From: Fibrobacteria bacterium | Lineage (GTDB): Bacteria; Fibrobacterota; Fibrobacteria; UBA11236 | Direction of reading: 5' to 3' | DNA: 26,659 bases | Assembly: GCA_043732185.1 (NCBI GenBank) | Contig: JAYTHY010000091.1 | Location: 1-26,659, forward strand | Shown here: piece after piece, positions 17,185-26,659 of the stretch | How positions within the stretch are numbered: position 1 is the stretch's first letter | How the letters are laid out: each line of letters begins with the position of its first letter | Position numbers and translations under genes: made by a program | The notes under the pieces: generated by a model | The model's input: the letters and a program-made list of their open reading frames with translations, nothing else | What the model was told of the DNA's origin: nothing | Databases searched by the model: none

Positions 17185-19506
17185 TTATTTTCTCAATATT
17201 AGTTTCCTAACTGTCATGGTTGGCCCTGTTTTCAACTGCACATAGTATAGGCCGGATTTTTGTCGACTGGCAGCCCAAAAAACCCGGTGAATTCCCGGAG
17301 GCAAATATTCATTGCAAACCTCTTCAACTAAAGCGCCAGATGCAGTGAAGATGGAGAGATTAATCGAACCATGCGTCGGCCTATTGTTCTGAACTGCTTG
17401 ACCCGAATTCGGGATTTGGAATAGGATCGCTGCCCCGGGTCGGTAAGGGTTGGGTACTTGTAGCTGAATTGCCTGCAGTGATTGCTTGGAAAAAGAATTA
17501 AAGATGGATGATGTGCCTTCCCAGGCTGGCCCATTGTCATTGACTGAAATGCCCTGCACCCATCCCGGGAGTGGCGTGGATGTCGTTGAAGTGCCCGTTG
17601 TCGTATACCCAAAACTACCACCCGATGAGGTGTCTCCTTTTTGAAACGTAAAAGCAGCTGTTCCAAGGGTTGGATGACTCAGCGTTACAGAAAATGTAGT
17701 GGCCGTTTCCGTGAGTTGGGAGGTGAGATCGGCACCAACTGCATCTCGGCCCTGAAGAACATTTAGAAAGTAACTCTGCGCCGCTCCACTAGTGGATATT
17801 TGCAAACGATTCTGACCAACCGGACCCTCATTCACAATTTTGTACACCGGTGTGGTAGGCAAGAGTGTGGTCAGGCGCACCGCTTGATTGCCCAAGGTGG
17901 CAAGAGCGTGATTGGCGTCCTGCAGAACGGGTGTCGCTTCAAAGTGAATCAGCGCCATCTTTGTGGCATTTGCCGCCATTGTTTGTCCACCGTCTTTCGT
18001 GAGGATGCGATCAAACACAACAAGTGTTTCCAATGGGCGGACAAAGAGGTATTCCCGCACAATGCGCGCTACATGCGGGTTACCCAATTCCGGCTTTTCC
18101 GTGGACTGGTAACCGCTGGAAAGATCCACAGCTGCATAAGCATAATTTGGACTGCTCGCCAATCGTTTGACGGTTGCCGGTGCCGCTTGCCAAAATCCGA
18201 TGAGGCTGTGCATGGAATCCTGCACGCCGACAAATATGGTATTGTGGGCATCCGGTTCGCCAACATCGATGTTACCGCCATTGACACCAAGAATATTTTG
18301 CGAGTAACCTCGGCTTTCGCGGGTTAGCCAGCGTCCCTGTCTAAACATTTGAAAGCTGCCCCAATCTCGATGGTCGTGTCCAACCCCTTCCGCGTTTTTC
18401 ATCTGGATCTGGATTGCGGTAGCTGTACTATCCCAACTGGTACGCGCATACAGATAACCCAGACCTGAAGCATAATAGTCCAAAGGAAGCGATGTAAAAC
18501 TTTTCTCCCTACCAGGTGCGTTAACGGCTTGTACAAAATTTGAAACAGACGGATTGCATTTGGCAATCCAGTGCCGGGCGTACTGGCCCAAATTCACACC
18601 CTCCCATTGATTTGCCAGGGTCATCATAAAGTCACCAAAATAGGTTCGGCTATGAATGATATCTATGGTCTCAAATTCATTGTAAGAAAAAAAATCATAA
18701 AAACGATTCGATCCTTCGATAACCGCCATCGGTGTGGTTGAATAGATGAGCATTGTCAATGCCTCTTGATAAAATGGCGATTCATGCAGTATCCCGCGTC
18801 CCATCAATTCTAAGCTGACAAAAGGAATGATAGGATACCCAAGCATGGTTGAGCCGTATCCAGGTCCATCCCCCAAAGCACCGCCTTTGGCGCTTCCCGT
18901 TGTCGCATAGGGAAGAAAGGAATTGTGCCACCGTGTAGTGAGTGCGTTATCCAGAAAGGATTGGGCTTGTGGATTTTCCGTAAAGCTGGCTATGCCCCAT
19001 TCCAGGGAGTTGCGTACATTGCCCCAATAGTAGTTGTTCCCCTCCATACCGACTCCGCCCCAAGCCTGTTTATTGACATTGGTAAGATCCGTATTCCACT
19101 GGGCGATAACGCTTTGTCTCTGAGCGATTGTCATTTTATCAAAGCACCAGTCAAAGACAAGTACGGCATTCTCTCCATCCCAGCGACAGTTGTCGCATCC
19201 GATTGCTGTAGGCAAAACCTGTCCAGCAGGTAACTTGTATGATACTAACCAATTGATGGCGTTTTTGGCGTTTAAGGTATCGCCCGTGAGCACATAACGC
19301 AGTGCATTGCCAAAGGGATCGCTGTTGTTGGGTGAAAAGGGATGGGTGGCGAACCAGGTTTTTGCCTGCAACAGACGTCCGGGATTCCACCATAAACGTG
19401 GATGAGCGGCCGGGACTGCAAAACCGGATGTCTGGGAAAAGCCTTTAGAAACTAAAAGGGATAATATCAAAACCGAGTTGAAGCAAAATTTATTTGAGCG
19501 TTTCAT
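17185..19506 (-). CDS. Secreted heparinase II/III-like (lyase-fold) protein with canonical T9SS C-terminal domain
   Basis: ATG 19506 with SD GGAGG and a signal peptide ending in ...GFS-Q. HPRLW, NNYYWG, GHDHRDWGSFQMFR, AHNTIFV, AAVDLS and VVFDR. C-terminal PNPY...IFTASGALV...SGLYYVQL...RKLIL. The ORF track starts at 19539. Confidence 0.75.
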   Translation of the reverse strand: MKRSNKFCFNSVLILSLLVSKGFSQTSGFAVPAAHPRLWWNPGRLLQAKTWFATHPFSPNNSDPFGNALRYVLTGDTLNAKNAINWLVSYKLPAGQVLPTAIGCDNCRWDGENAVLVFDWCFDKMTIAQRQSVIAQWNTDLTNVNKQAWGGVGMEGNNYYWGNVRNSLEWGIASFTENPQAQSFLDNALTTRWHNSFLPYATTGSAKGGALGDGPGYGSTMLGYPIIPFVSLELMGRGILHESPFYQEALTMLIYSTTPMAVIEGSNRFYDFFSYNEFETIDIIHSRTYFGDFMMTLANQWEGVNLGQYARHWIAKCNPSVSNFVQAVNAPGREKSFTSLPLDYYASGLGYLYARTSWDSTATAIQIQMKNAEGVGHDHRDWGSFQMFRQGRWLTRESRGYSQNILGVNGGNIDVGEPDAHNTIFVGVQDSMHSLIGFWQAAPATVKRLASSPNYAYAAVDLSSGYQSTEKPELGNPHVARIVREYLFVRPLETLVVFDRILTKDGGQTMAANATKMALIHFEATPVLQDANHALATLGNQAVRLTTLLPTTPVYKIVNEGPVGQNRLQISTSGAAQSYFLNVLQGRDAVGADLTSQLTETATTFSVTLSHPTLGTAAFTFQKGDTSSGGSFGYTTTGTSTTSTPLPGWVQGISVNDNGPAWEGTSSIFNSFSKQSLQAIQLQVPNPYRPGAAILFQIPNSGQAVQNNRPTHGSINLSIFTASGALVEEVCNEYLPPGIHRVFWAASRQKSGLYYVQLKTGPTMTVRKLILRK

Positions 19507-19634
19507 GGAATAATTCCTCCCAGAATGGTCCGTCCACAATCACTTTTAGAGAATAAGTAATTCAAAAGTCGATTGCTATCCCTAATCCACTTAAGTCTTG
19601 ATTCCTGATACGAATGCGATGGTAAAAAAAGAGC

Positions 19635-19652
19635 ATTGGACTTAAGTTCAAT
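19635..19652. promoter_or_regulatory. Palindromic operator candidate between divergent secreted-enzyme genes
   Basis: ATTGGACTTAAGTTCAAT (8 of 9 pairs), with the same ACTTAAGT core repeated at 19589-19596. Confidence 0.5.
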
Positions 19653-19682
19653 CTCTAGGCAAACCCCATTCCGGAGGTAGAC

Positions 19683-22283
19683 TTGCGTGATAGATTAAAA
19701 ACATTTCAAAACAATAAAGCCCACCTAGATTTAAACGTACGGCTTTTGCTATCAATCATTGTGGCGCTCATATCCGTTGTCCCAGCGGCAACTTATCACT
19801 TTAGTTCGACCAGCGGAGATGATTCTCGCTCATCTCTACAAGCGCAAAGCGTGACTACTCCATGGCGCACTATGCATAAGGTAAAGGGCTTACAGCTTTC
19901 GGCTGGGGATTCCGTTTTGTTTGAATGCGGCAGTACCTTTATCGGCACCTTGGCTTTAGGCCAAGCAGCTACCGTCTCTGGATCGGCTGGAAAACCGGTT
20001 TGCATTGCATCCTATGGAAGTGGGCCGTTGCCCATTATCACCGGCTCGCAACCTGTTACGGGTCCTTGGACCAAGTACCAAGGCAATATATGGAGTACGA
20101 GTGTTACGGATTCGGTTGAACAACTTTTTTTAAACGGTAAAACGTTAACCTTGGCCCGATTTCCCAATCAAGGAACTGTTCCGGTTACCACTATTACATC
20201 TGACAATGTTTTTCAATGTGCAGGCTTAACGGGCATGACCTTACAAGGCGCTACGATTTTCGCGCGTAGTGAACATTGGTCGTGGAACATGAATGTCATC
20301 ACGCAATTTAACGCCGCCAATGGTTCCGTAACGATTGGCGGAAAGCCTATTTACGTCTTAAAATCCGGCTGGGGCGCCTGGGTCAACAATCACTTGAGCC
20401 TGCTCGATGCCCCTGGGGAATGGTATTGGGATTCCGGCGCGCATCTTCTCTATGTATGGTTACCTGATGGTGGCACTCCGAACGGAAAATCATTGGAGGC
20501 CTCTCGGCCTGGGCCAGGCGTTGATATCGCCACCCTTCGCTTTACTGTCATGCAGGATTTAATTTTAAAAAACCACGGTGGTGACGGCATTATTGGAAAC
20601 GCAAATGATTTTACCATGCGCCGATTGCGAATTGAAAATCCGCTTGCAAGTGGTATCAAACTCAATGGGCAAGGCATCACGGTGGATCAGTCAGAAATCA
20701 TTGGACCCAATGTTTACGGCATGGAAATTTACTGCGATGGTGCGCAAATCACTGGAAATACTGTCAAAGGCGTGGCTGAGTTGCGTCGATTAACGCGCAC
20801 GGGATTAGGCGGCCAATGCTGTTCCGGTCGCGGAATCAATGTTGAGGGAGCGGATATTGTGGTACGTAACAATACTTTGGATTCTATTGGGTATATCGGA
20901 ATTGGATTCAACGGAGCCAGAAACCACATTGAAAACAACGTGGTACGGCATCACTGTATGACCACGGATGATTGTGCTGGAATTTATACTTGGAGTCCGG
21001 ATTTCGTCTTGCCCGGATCGGCTGGTTCTGTGATACGCGGCAACCTTGTGCTTGACGGCGTGGGCGCTCCGGATGGCATCCCCGATCACTCTACTTTTGC
21101 GCTTGGAATTTATTTAGACGACCGAACGCATCAAGTTACCATCGAAAACAACTCGGTTTCCGGAACCGACATCGGTCTTTACATGCACAACAACCGGGAC
21201 GATACGGTACGCAACAATTTGAGTTACGGCAATCGCCTAGGTCAATTGATCACTCAGCGCGATGAAATTGTCGGCGCCAACGACATGTATGGCAATGTAG
21301 TCCGCGCCAATACGCTCTATTCTACCTCCAAAAATGGGGCACCTTATTCTGAACGATTGTATCGAGCCAATGCCAGTCCGCTGCTTGCCGTACACCAAGA
21401 TGATTTGGAATGTCGCGAAAGCCCATTTGGCATTCGGTGTGAGCGTAATGGAATTCTGGTTTGGGAGCGCACCCTACAATTGCAGCCCCAGGATACGGCT
21501 GGACGTGCCGTTTATACATTCAATTTTTCCAGTAACCTCCAAAATTGGAGCGCATGGCCAACACCGCCGGTTGCCGTCACCTATGATGCTGCGGAACATG
21601 GAGGTAGCTTGCGGCTGGATTACCCGGGCGATTCGTCAAGCAATACGCCATTGCTATACGCGGCCAAAAGCTTTCCGGTTAAACTGGGTGAACGCTATCT
21701 TCTCAAATTTTCTGCCCGAGCCAGTGCAGCTTTTGACCTCGGTATTCTCCCACGCAAGGCCAATCCAAATTACGCGGAGCTGGGGTCTACGGCTCATTTT
21801 CGAATTGGCACAACTTGGGACAATTTTATCGACCCATTTGAAATTTCCGCATCGGATTCTACATGTCGGTTGGATTTTATTTGGGGCCAAAGCCAGGCCC
21901 ATTATTGGATTGATGACCTCACCCTATATCCATTACCCGCGGCGGACCCTACCATCGGACCCTCAAGCGCATTTTATTACAACGTAAATGCCACAAACTT
22001 GACCGTGAATCCCAATCCAGGTTCCTCCTGGCTGGACGTAAATGGGGTGGTCCAGAATAGCGCCGTATCCCTGTCGCCACTTGGCGCTTTTATCGCCATT
22101 CGTGACAAATCCAATCTTCTCACCGTTTTGGATGGGCGGGCGCCTAATCCATCCACCCACTCATTACAGCCCCGTTTACGAAGAATGCAGGCCAAAATGC
22201 TGTTTTCGCCCGGAAAATCCAGTAAACCGGAATGGCGTAATGCGTTAGGAAGAATCCCTGACCGACCATTGACTCAATTCTGA
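19683..22283 (+). CDS. Secreted right-handed parallel beta-helix protein (pectin-lyase fold) with CBM4/22-like module
   Basis: TTG start with SD GGAGG and a signal peptide. SGDDS..TPWRT..AGDSVLF N-cap, QLFLNGKTLTLARFPN, LDAPGEWYWD, repeated I-x-N-N turns, DCAGIY and GIYLDD. C-terminal GERYLLKFSARAS...WIDDLTL module. Confidence 0.85.
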   Translation: MRDRLKTFQNNKAHLDLNVRLLLSIIVALISVVPAATYHFSSTSGDDSRSSLQAQSVTTPWRTMHKVKGLQLSAGDSVLFECGSTFIGTLALGQAATVSGSAGKPVCIASYGSGPLPIITGSQPVTGPWTKYQGNIWSTSVTDSVEQLFLNGKTLTLARFPNQGTVPVTTITSDNVFQCAGLTGMTLQGATIFARSEHWSWNMNVITQFNAANGSVTIGGKPIYVLKSGWGAWVNNHLSLLDAPGEWYWDSGAHLLYVWLPDGGTPNGKSLEASRPGPGVDIATLRFTVMQDLILKNHGGDGIIGNANDFTMRRLRIENPLASGIKLNGQGITVDQSEIIGPNVYGMEIYCDGAQITGNTVKGVAELRRLTRTGLGGQCCSGRGINVEGADIVVRNNTLDSIGYIGIGFNGARNHIENNVVRHHCMTTDDCAGIYTWSPDFVLPGSAGSVIRGNLVLDGVGAPDGIPDHSTFALGIYLDDRTHQVTIENNSVSGTDIGLYMHNNRDDTVRNNLSYGNRLGQLITQRDEIVGANDMYGNVVRANTLYSTSKNGAPYSERLYRANASPLLAVHQDDLECRESPFGIRCERNGILVWERTLQLQPQDTAGRAVYTFNFSSNLQNWSAWPTPPVAVTYDAAEHGGSLRLDYPGDSSSNTPLLYAAKSFPVKLGERYLLKFSARASAAFDLGILPRKANPNYAELGSTAHFRIGTTWDNFIDPFEISASDSTCRLDFIWGQSQAHYWIDDLTLYPLPAADPTIGPSSAFYYNVNATNLTVNPNPGSSWLDVNGVVQNSAVSLSPLGAFIAIRDKSNLLTVLDGRAPNPSTHSLQPRLRRMQAKMLFSPGKSSKPEWRNALGRIPDRPLTQF

Positions 22284-22394
22284 ATATTTTTGTTTCTGCT
22301 CAAACTTTCCAAGGGGAGAATTCTTTTTGGTGCTTATATTGGGGCCAGGGGAATGCATTCCAGAACTTTCGGGAATGCATGGAAAGGTTACAGT

Positions 22395-23183
22395 ATGTTT
22401 AAGCAGCTGAATGTGCTCTGGATTGGACTGACTCTTTGTGTCGGTGGAATGTTTTCTACCAAGGCCCATGCCTTGCTGCTTACCGCACCCAATTACACCA
22501 TTACCTTTTCAGCGGGCTGGGACACGGTTCAATCCTCATCCATTGTTGCTAAAAACCTAGGCTTGTTTGGTATGGCCCTTTTATCCTGCACGCCAGGAAC
22601 CACGGCACCCAATCTGGATTCGCTCGCTACATTTTATGCCGATTCACTTGGAGGACACATCACCAAGGGAAAAGATTCCGCATTGACATTGGGAAAATAC
22701 CCCGTAAAATGGCAAGAATTTTTATACGATAGCCTGCCAAAATTAAGCGCCCAAATTTCTAGAGGGTCGCTTTTCCCGGTATCCTTAAAAAATGGGAAAT
22801 TCCGAGTGTATTATATCGTTTCCAATGGACTGATTTTCACAGTTTCAGAGTTAGCTATTGTGACGAATGGATTGCTGCCTAACGCGGACATTGAGGCGGC
22901 ACTTAAAACACTTACGCTCATTTCGTTGGCTGGAATCCGTGAGATCGCCGGCGCCTGGGGAGGAGCGGAAATGTGGATTCATGATGGCCGAATAGGTGGC
23001 GCATGGTTCTCGGCCCATCGGCCCATTGCCATTGACTGCTTCAATCTGCGCGGAGCCTGGATTGGCTCAGCCAAAGCGTCCAGCACTTCGGGAATTTGGA
23101 CGCTGCCTGGGGTCGATCGGAACGCGTTTCTCCGTATCCTGCTGGCCGATGGCGCTCGATATCATTTGCCAATCAGTGACTAA
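22395..23183 (+). CDS. Secreted hypothetical protein with divergent T9SS-like C-terminal region
   Basis: ATG 22395 with GGAAAGG SD and a signal peptide ending in AHA. C-terminal IDCFNLRGAWIG...AFLRILL resembles a CTD. The ORF track starts at 22290. Confidence 0.65.
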   Translation: MFKQLNVLWIGLTLCVGGMFSTKAHALLLTAPNYTITFSAGWDTVQSSSIVAKNLGLFGMALLSCTPGTTAPNLDSLATFYADSLGGHITKGKDSALTLGKYPVKWQEFLYDSLPKLSAQISRGSLFPVSLKNGKFRVYYIVSNGLIFTVSELAIVTNGLLPNADIEAALKTLTLISLAGIREIAGAWGGAEMWIHDGRIGGAWFSAHRPIAIDCFNLRGAWIGSAKASSTSGIWTLPGVDRNAFLRILLADGARYHLPISD

Positions 23184-23309
23184 CCCAACTATTTCCCCCT
23201 AGAACCAAGGCCACTGGCCCCAAATTTCTGTATATTTTCGCTTCCAGTAAAAGTTGGTTTAGGATGAACCGATGCTGGTTAAAGCTGCACTGAAAAAGGA
23301 ATGAATGCC

Positions 23310-24551
23310 ATGGCCGCAAAACTTTTTGAACCGAAGCCAATGAAAATGGGCGTACTAACCGCCGCCTTGCAAGAACTGACCCCGCGCGCCAAGCGCGACC
23401 CAGATCCGGACCTGGCCATTGAGGAATGGCTGCAATTCTCCAAGGAAATTGGTTCTCCAAATATCCAATTGTCTGCGGCCTTGCATCCCAGCGAAAGCGA
23501 TGTGCCTGCTGAGGCTTTGCTGGACCCGGTTGCCAATACCTTGGATTTGCGCAAGCCCTTTGACAAGCAACGCGCAGCTCGCGTTCAATCAGCTATGAAA
23601 TCAACCGGTGTAGGGCTTACTGATTTGGCTTACTTCGACAATTTACTCCATCCAAATGCGGCAATCCGGCAGAAGAAAATGGATTTCATGTTGCGGGTTT
23701 TCGATGCTGCTGTGCTTTTGGGCACGGATGCGGTATGTGGATTTGTCGGCAGAAATTATGAAATCGACATGGACGAGAACTTGGTTATGTTCGAAGAGGT
23801 TTTCATTCCCTTATTGAAAGAAGCGAAGAGCCGGGGCTTGGTATATCGGGTTGAGCAATGTCCCATGCCTGGCTGGAATGTTACGGACAAGTGGCATAAC
23901 AATATCGCCTATGCGCCAGGGCCTTGGATTGCGCTACACAAAATTTGCGCCAAGCATGGTGTGGGCGATCAGTTCCGGATTCATTACGATCCGTCCCATG
24001 CGATTCTGATGGGACAGGACACGCGCTCGCTCTTCCAGTATTTGAAAGACGAGGGTTACAATTTCTTGATAGCAGGATTCCATGTCAAAGGTCAGGTTAC
24101 GGATGCCAAAGGGGTCTCGGCATGGGGCTATGGCGGACAAACCATGCAACGTGGTGATTGGAAAAACGGCAAGCCGTCTACCAATCCTGCGGATCAAGGC
24201 AATGCCTGGAAAAAACAGGTGGTATTGGCTGAGCATGAACTGCCAGGTACGGCCCGTCATGATCCACTGGCCTATTTGCAAAATCGGTCCGTGGATTGGC
24301 TCGATCATCAGTTGGCGGCTCGGGAGCTGCTCGATATCGATGCATCCAAAACATTTCTAATCGTGGAACATGAATATCCCAAAGCCCGCATTCAGGACAA
24401 GGCTAAGCTAGCACCGATTCTAAAAGGCTCCTTGGCTTTCACAAAAGCCATCGACGAGGCCGCAGCCGCCATGTACGCGCTGCAGCATGAAGTGTTGGCC
24501 TCGCAAGGGATTCCCATCCAAGGCCACGGTAGGCAGGCTTATCGCAGTTAA
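23310..24551 (+). CDS. Sugar phosphate isomerase/epimerase (xylose isomerase-like TIM barrel)
   Basis: Metal-ligand motifs intact: VEQCP, YDPSH, FHVKG and IVEHE. ATG 23310 is better spaced from SD AAAGGA than ATG 23301. Confidence 0.85.
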   Translation: MAAKLFEPKPMKMGVLTAALQELTPRAKRDPDPDLAIEEWLQFSKEIGSPNIQLSAALHPSESDVPAEALLDPVANTLDLRKPFDKQRAARVQSAMKSTGVGLTDLAYFDNLLHPNAAIRQKKMDFMLRVFDAAVLLGTDAVCGFVGRNYEIDMDENLVMFEEVFIPLLKEAKSRGLVYRVEQCPMPGWNVTDKWHNNIAYAPGPWIALHKICAKHGVGDQFRIHYDPSHAILMGQDTRSLFQYLKDEGYNFLIAGFHVKGQVTDAKGVSAWGYGGQTMQRGDWKNGKPSTNPADQGNAWKKQVVLAEHELPGTARHDPLAYLQNRSVDWLDHQLAARELLDIDASKTFLIVEHEYPKARIQDKAKLAPILKGSLAFTKAIDEAAAAMYALQHEVLASQGIPIQGHGRQAYRS

Positions 24552-24560
24552 ACCGAGTAG

Positions 24561-26659
24561 TTATTTTACCGGAACGCGATTGACTCGTTTCTTGCCGCTG
24601 ATATCGCGTCCTGCTTTTGCATTTCCAGTCAGGTTAATCCAGCCCTTGTCAAAATAGGTTTTGGCTCCGCTGTTTTTGCTTCCGATTTGCGGGCGCAAGC
24701 TTGTAGATCCTGTCGTGTTGGTGAATAGCCAAGGTCCCCCGAATTTGCCTGTGACCACCAGGTCCATATCTTTATCCCCGTCTATATCGGCCAAGCCAAG
24801 CGTAAATCCAGACCCTATTCCTTCGTTATAGGATATTTCGTGCTTGATCCATTGGTTGGTTTTGCCTGGTGTGAGCTCGTACCAGACGACCTCAAGGGGA
24901 TTATTGACTTGCGGGTCCACGTCTTGGGCTTTGAAACATTTGCCGGTTACGAGATCCGGATCGCCATCCCCATCCATGTCTTTGAAGATAAGGCCATGAG
25001 CCTGCGACCAAGTGGCATCAATGGTTTGCCGCTCAAAAGTATGCGTTGCCGTTTGCCGGTACCAGAAGATTCCAACCCCGTGGGCTGAGGCCGCAATGAT
25101 ATCGTTGCGACCATCCTTATCCACGTCATACACATAAATCTGACCGGTATGACCGGTTCTACCAACCGTATTCGAAGTGAACCATTGCGGTGCCATGGCA
25201 TTTGGTGCCGTGGGCCGATCGTCAATGGCGCCCAAAGCAATTTCATGCACTATCCAAACTCCGGTGCGCGGATTTGCGGGAGCTTCGAACCAGGCATTGG
25301 GCCGGATAATATCAGGTCGGCCATCGCCGTTCACATCACCCACTCCGGCTCCAAAATTGCATACAATATTGGATACAAGATGGGAAGTCCAAACACCAGC
25401 GACCACCTCCCACCAGAGTACCGGCATGCCGTAGGAGGACGTCACAATTTCGGCCGCCTTACCGTCGCCGTCCACATCCCAAAGCTGGCCATTTTCATAA
25501 TTGCCTTGGGGGTCAATTACTTTTTCCACCCAAGCCGTGCTGGGTACCGCACCTGGATTGCGCCACCAGGAAAGGCCTTTGCTATAGCTTCCCGTCAATA
25601 CATCCACCCAGCCATCGCCGTCCACATCCATGACATCGGCAAATCCATCGTCGGCCAATGTGCGGAAGGTATGCGGAATCCAGTTCGGCGCCTCGTACCA
25701 TTTATTTCCCCCCACGATGTCCAGCTTTCCATCTTTATTGATGTCCGCAAAGAGGCAAGTGAAATTCGTGGCGCTGTCGATTTTCTGCTTGGTGAAACTC
25801 AGAATTTTTCCAGCAGGAATATCCGCCTCGGCTACTGTTGCCGGATACATGTTCTCGAAAAGGAAGGGGCCACCGCCTTTGCCTTCCTGATTTTTGGCGC
25901 TCACGACTATATCGAGGTCCCCATCGTTGTCGTAATCCTCAATTCCGATTTTCATACCCGCCCCGATATTTTCTCCGTAGGTAATGACATGGCGTTTCCA
26001 ATAAGGCCGTGTCGGTATTTTTTCATACCAGTAGACGAAAAGGGAATCTTCGGATAGAGGATCATCGAATGCCGAATGGCCCCGCCAGCGCTTGCCTGCG
26101 ACTAAATCTAAGTCGCCGTCCTTGTCCAAATCCGCCAGCTCCAAAGTATGAACTTCCGATATGCTTCCGTCGATAATATTGGGAAGAAAGGAAATCACTC
26201 CATTCTTTTTAACCTGCTTATACCACATAATTCCCATTCTGTGTCCGGAACTGGCGATGACATCGTTTAGGCCATCCCCATCGACATCCTGGACATAAAT
26301 TTGCACGGTATGCCCGAACTTGCCGATTTCATTGTTCCACTCCCACACAGGATGATCGGTGCGAATCGAGTAAGTAGCGCTGGTGGGCATATCTTCGATG
26401 GCTCCAAAAGCAGCTGGATGCATGATCCATTTTCCCGTCCGGATATTGGCAGGCGCTTCAAACCAGGCATTTGGCCGCAAAATATCGGGTCTGCCATCCC
26501 CATTGACATCCCCCACGCCGCTTCCCCAATCACAATCCAGTGTCGAATCAATAACATGGGTAACCCAGTTGCCGTTGACCACTTCTGACCAGGCGGTGCG
26601 CTTGCCGTTTTGGGAGCTTACGATTTCCCTGGCTTTGCCATCCCCGTCGACATCCCATA
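24561..26659 (-). CDS. FG-GAP/VCBS-repeat beta-propeller protein, 5'-truncated by the window edge
   Basis: Many D-x-[DN]-G-D-G-x-x-D Ca-binding repeats. The frame stays open upstream of 26582 to the window end (WDVDGDGKAREIVSSQNGKRTAWSEV), so the real start lies outside the window. Confidence 0.9.
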   Translation of the reverse strand, partial: WDVDGDGKAREIVSSQNGKRTAWSEVVNGNWVTHVIDSTLDCDWGSGVGDVNGDGRPDILRPNAWFEAPANIRTGKWIMHPAAFGAIEDMPTSATYSIRTDHPVWEWNNEIGKFGHTVQIYVQDVDGDGLNDVIASSGHRMGIMWYKQVKKNGVISFLPNIIDGSISEVHTLELADLDKDGDLDLVAGKRWRGHSAFDDPLSEDSLFVYWYEKIPTRPYWKRHVITYGENIGAGMKIGIEDYDNDGDLDIVVSAKNQEGKGGGPFLFENMYPATVAEADIPAGKILSFTKQKIDSATNFTCLFADINKDGKLDIVGGNKWYEAPNWIPHTFRTLADDGFADVMDVDGDGWVDVLTGSYSKGLSWWRNPGAVPSTAWVEKVIDPQGNYENGQLWDVDGDGKAAEIVTSSYGMPVLWWEVVAGVWTSHLVSNIVCNFGAGVGDVNGDGRPDIIRPNAWFEAPANPRTGVWIVHEIALGAIDDRPTAPNAMAPQWFTSNTVGRTGHTGQIYVYDVDKDGRNDIIAASAHGVGIFWYRQTATHTFERQTIDATWSQAHGLIFKDMDGDGDPDLVTGKCFKAQDVDPQVNNPLEVVWYELTPGKTNQWIKHEISYNEGIGSGFTLGLADIDGDKDMDLVVTGKFGGPWLFTNTTGSTSLRPQIGSKNSGAKTYFDKGWINLTGNAKAGRDISGKKRVNRVPVK

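Noticed and set aside
21334..21987. 217-aa alternative-frame ORF
   Set aside because: Nested in the beta-helix gene with atypical composition; the main frame is uninterrupted.
25149..26057. 302-aa plus-strand ORF
   Set aside because: Antisense shadow of the FG-GAP gene; its repeats mirror the DxDGDG codons.
1..26659. CRISPR array, IS/transposase, prophage or defence system
   Set aside because: No regularly spaced repeats and no integrase, transposase, nuclease or phage structural motifs seen.

Overview
A 26.7 kb bacterial chromosomal window with no rRNA, tRNA, CRISPR array or mobile element that I can see. The left half is housekeeping and stress genes: a membrane-anchored Ser/Thr kinase, lipA, an outer-membrane porin-like protein, a peptidoglycan-binding Cys/His enzyme, Hsp20, a cysD-cysN-cysC sulfate-activation operon, a degenerate TIM-barrel protein and an orphan flgB. 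The right half is clpB plus a run of secreted, mostly carbohydrate-active proteins: GH20, a clan GH-A hydrolase, a heparinase II/III-like protein, a beta-helix protein, a hypothetical protein and a duplicated FG-GAP propeller cut by the window edge, along with a cytoplasmic sugar isomerase. T9SS-type C-terminal tails together with a flagellar gene suggest an FCB-group organism, most likely Fibrobacterota (inference). Most notable observations: (1) four unrelated secreted proteins end in a short [FR]-[DN]-x-x-G-[RK] tail that looks like a truncated T9SS sorting signal; (2) sigma54 -24/-12 motifs precede hsp20, clpB and flgB, and two of them predict near-leaderless mRNAs; (3) flgB is separated from flgC and carries tandem sigma28-like and sigma54-like promoters with a structured leader; (4) Rrf2-like operators lie upstream of cysD; (5) there are two apparent pseudo-enzymes. 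All protein calls come from motif recognition by eye; no database searches were run.
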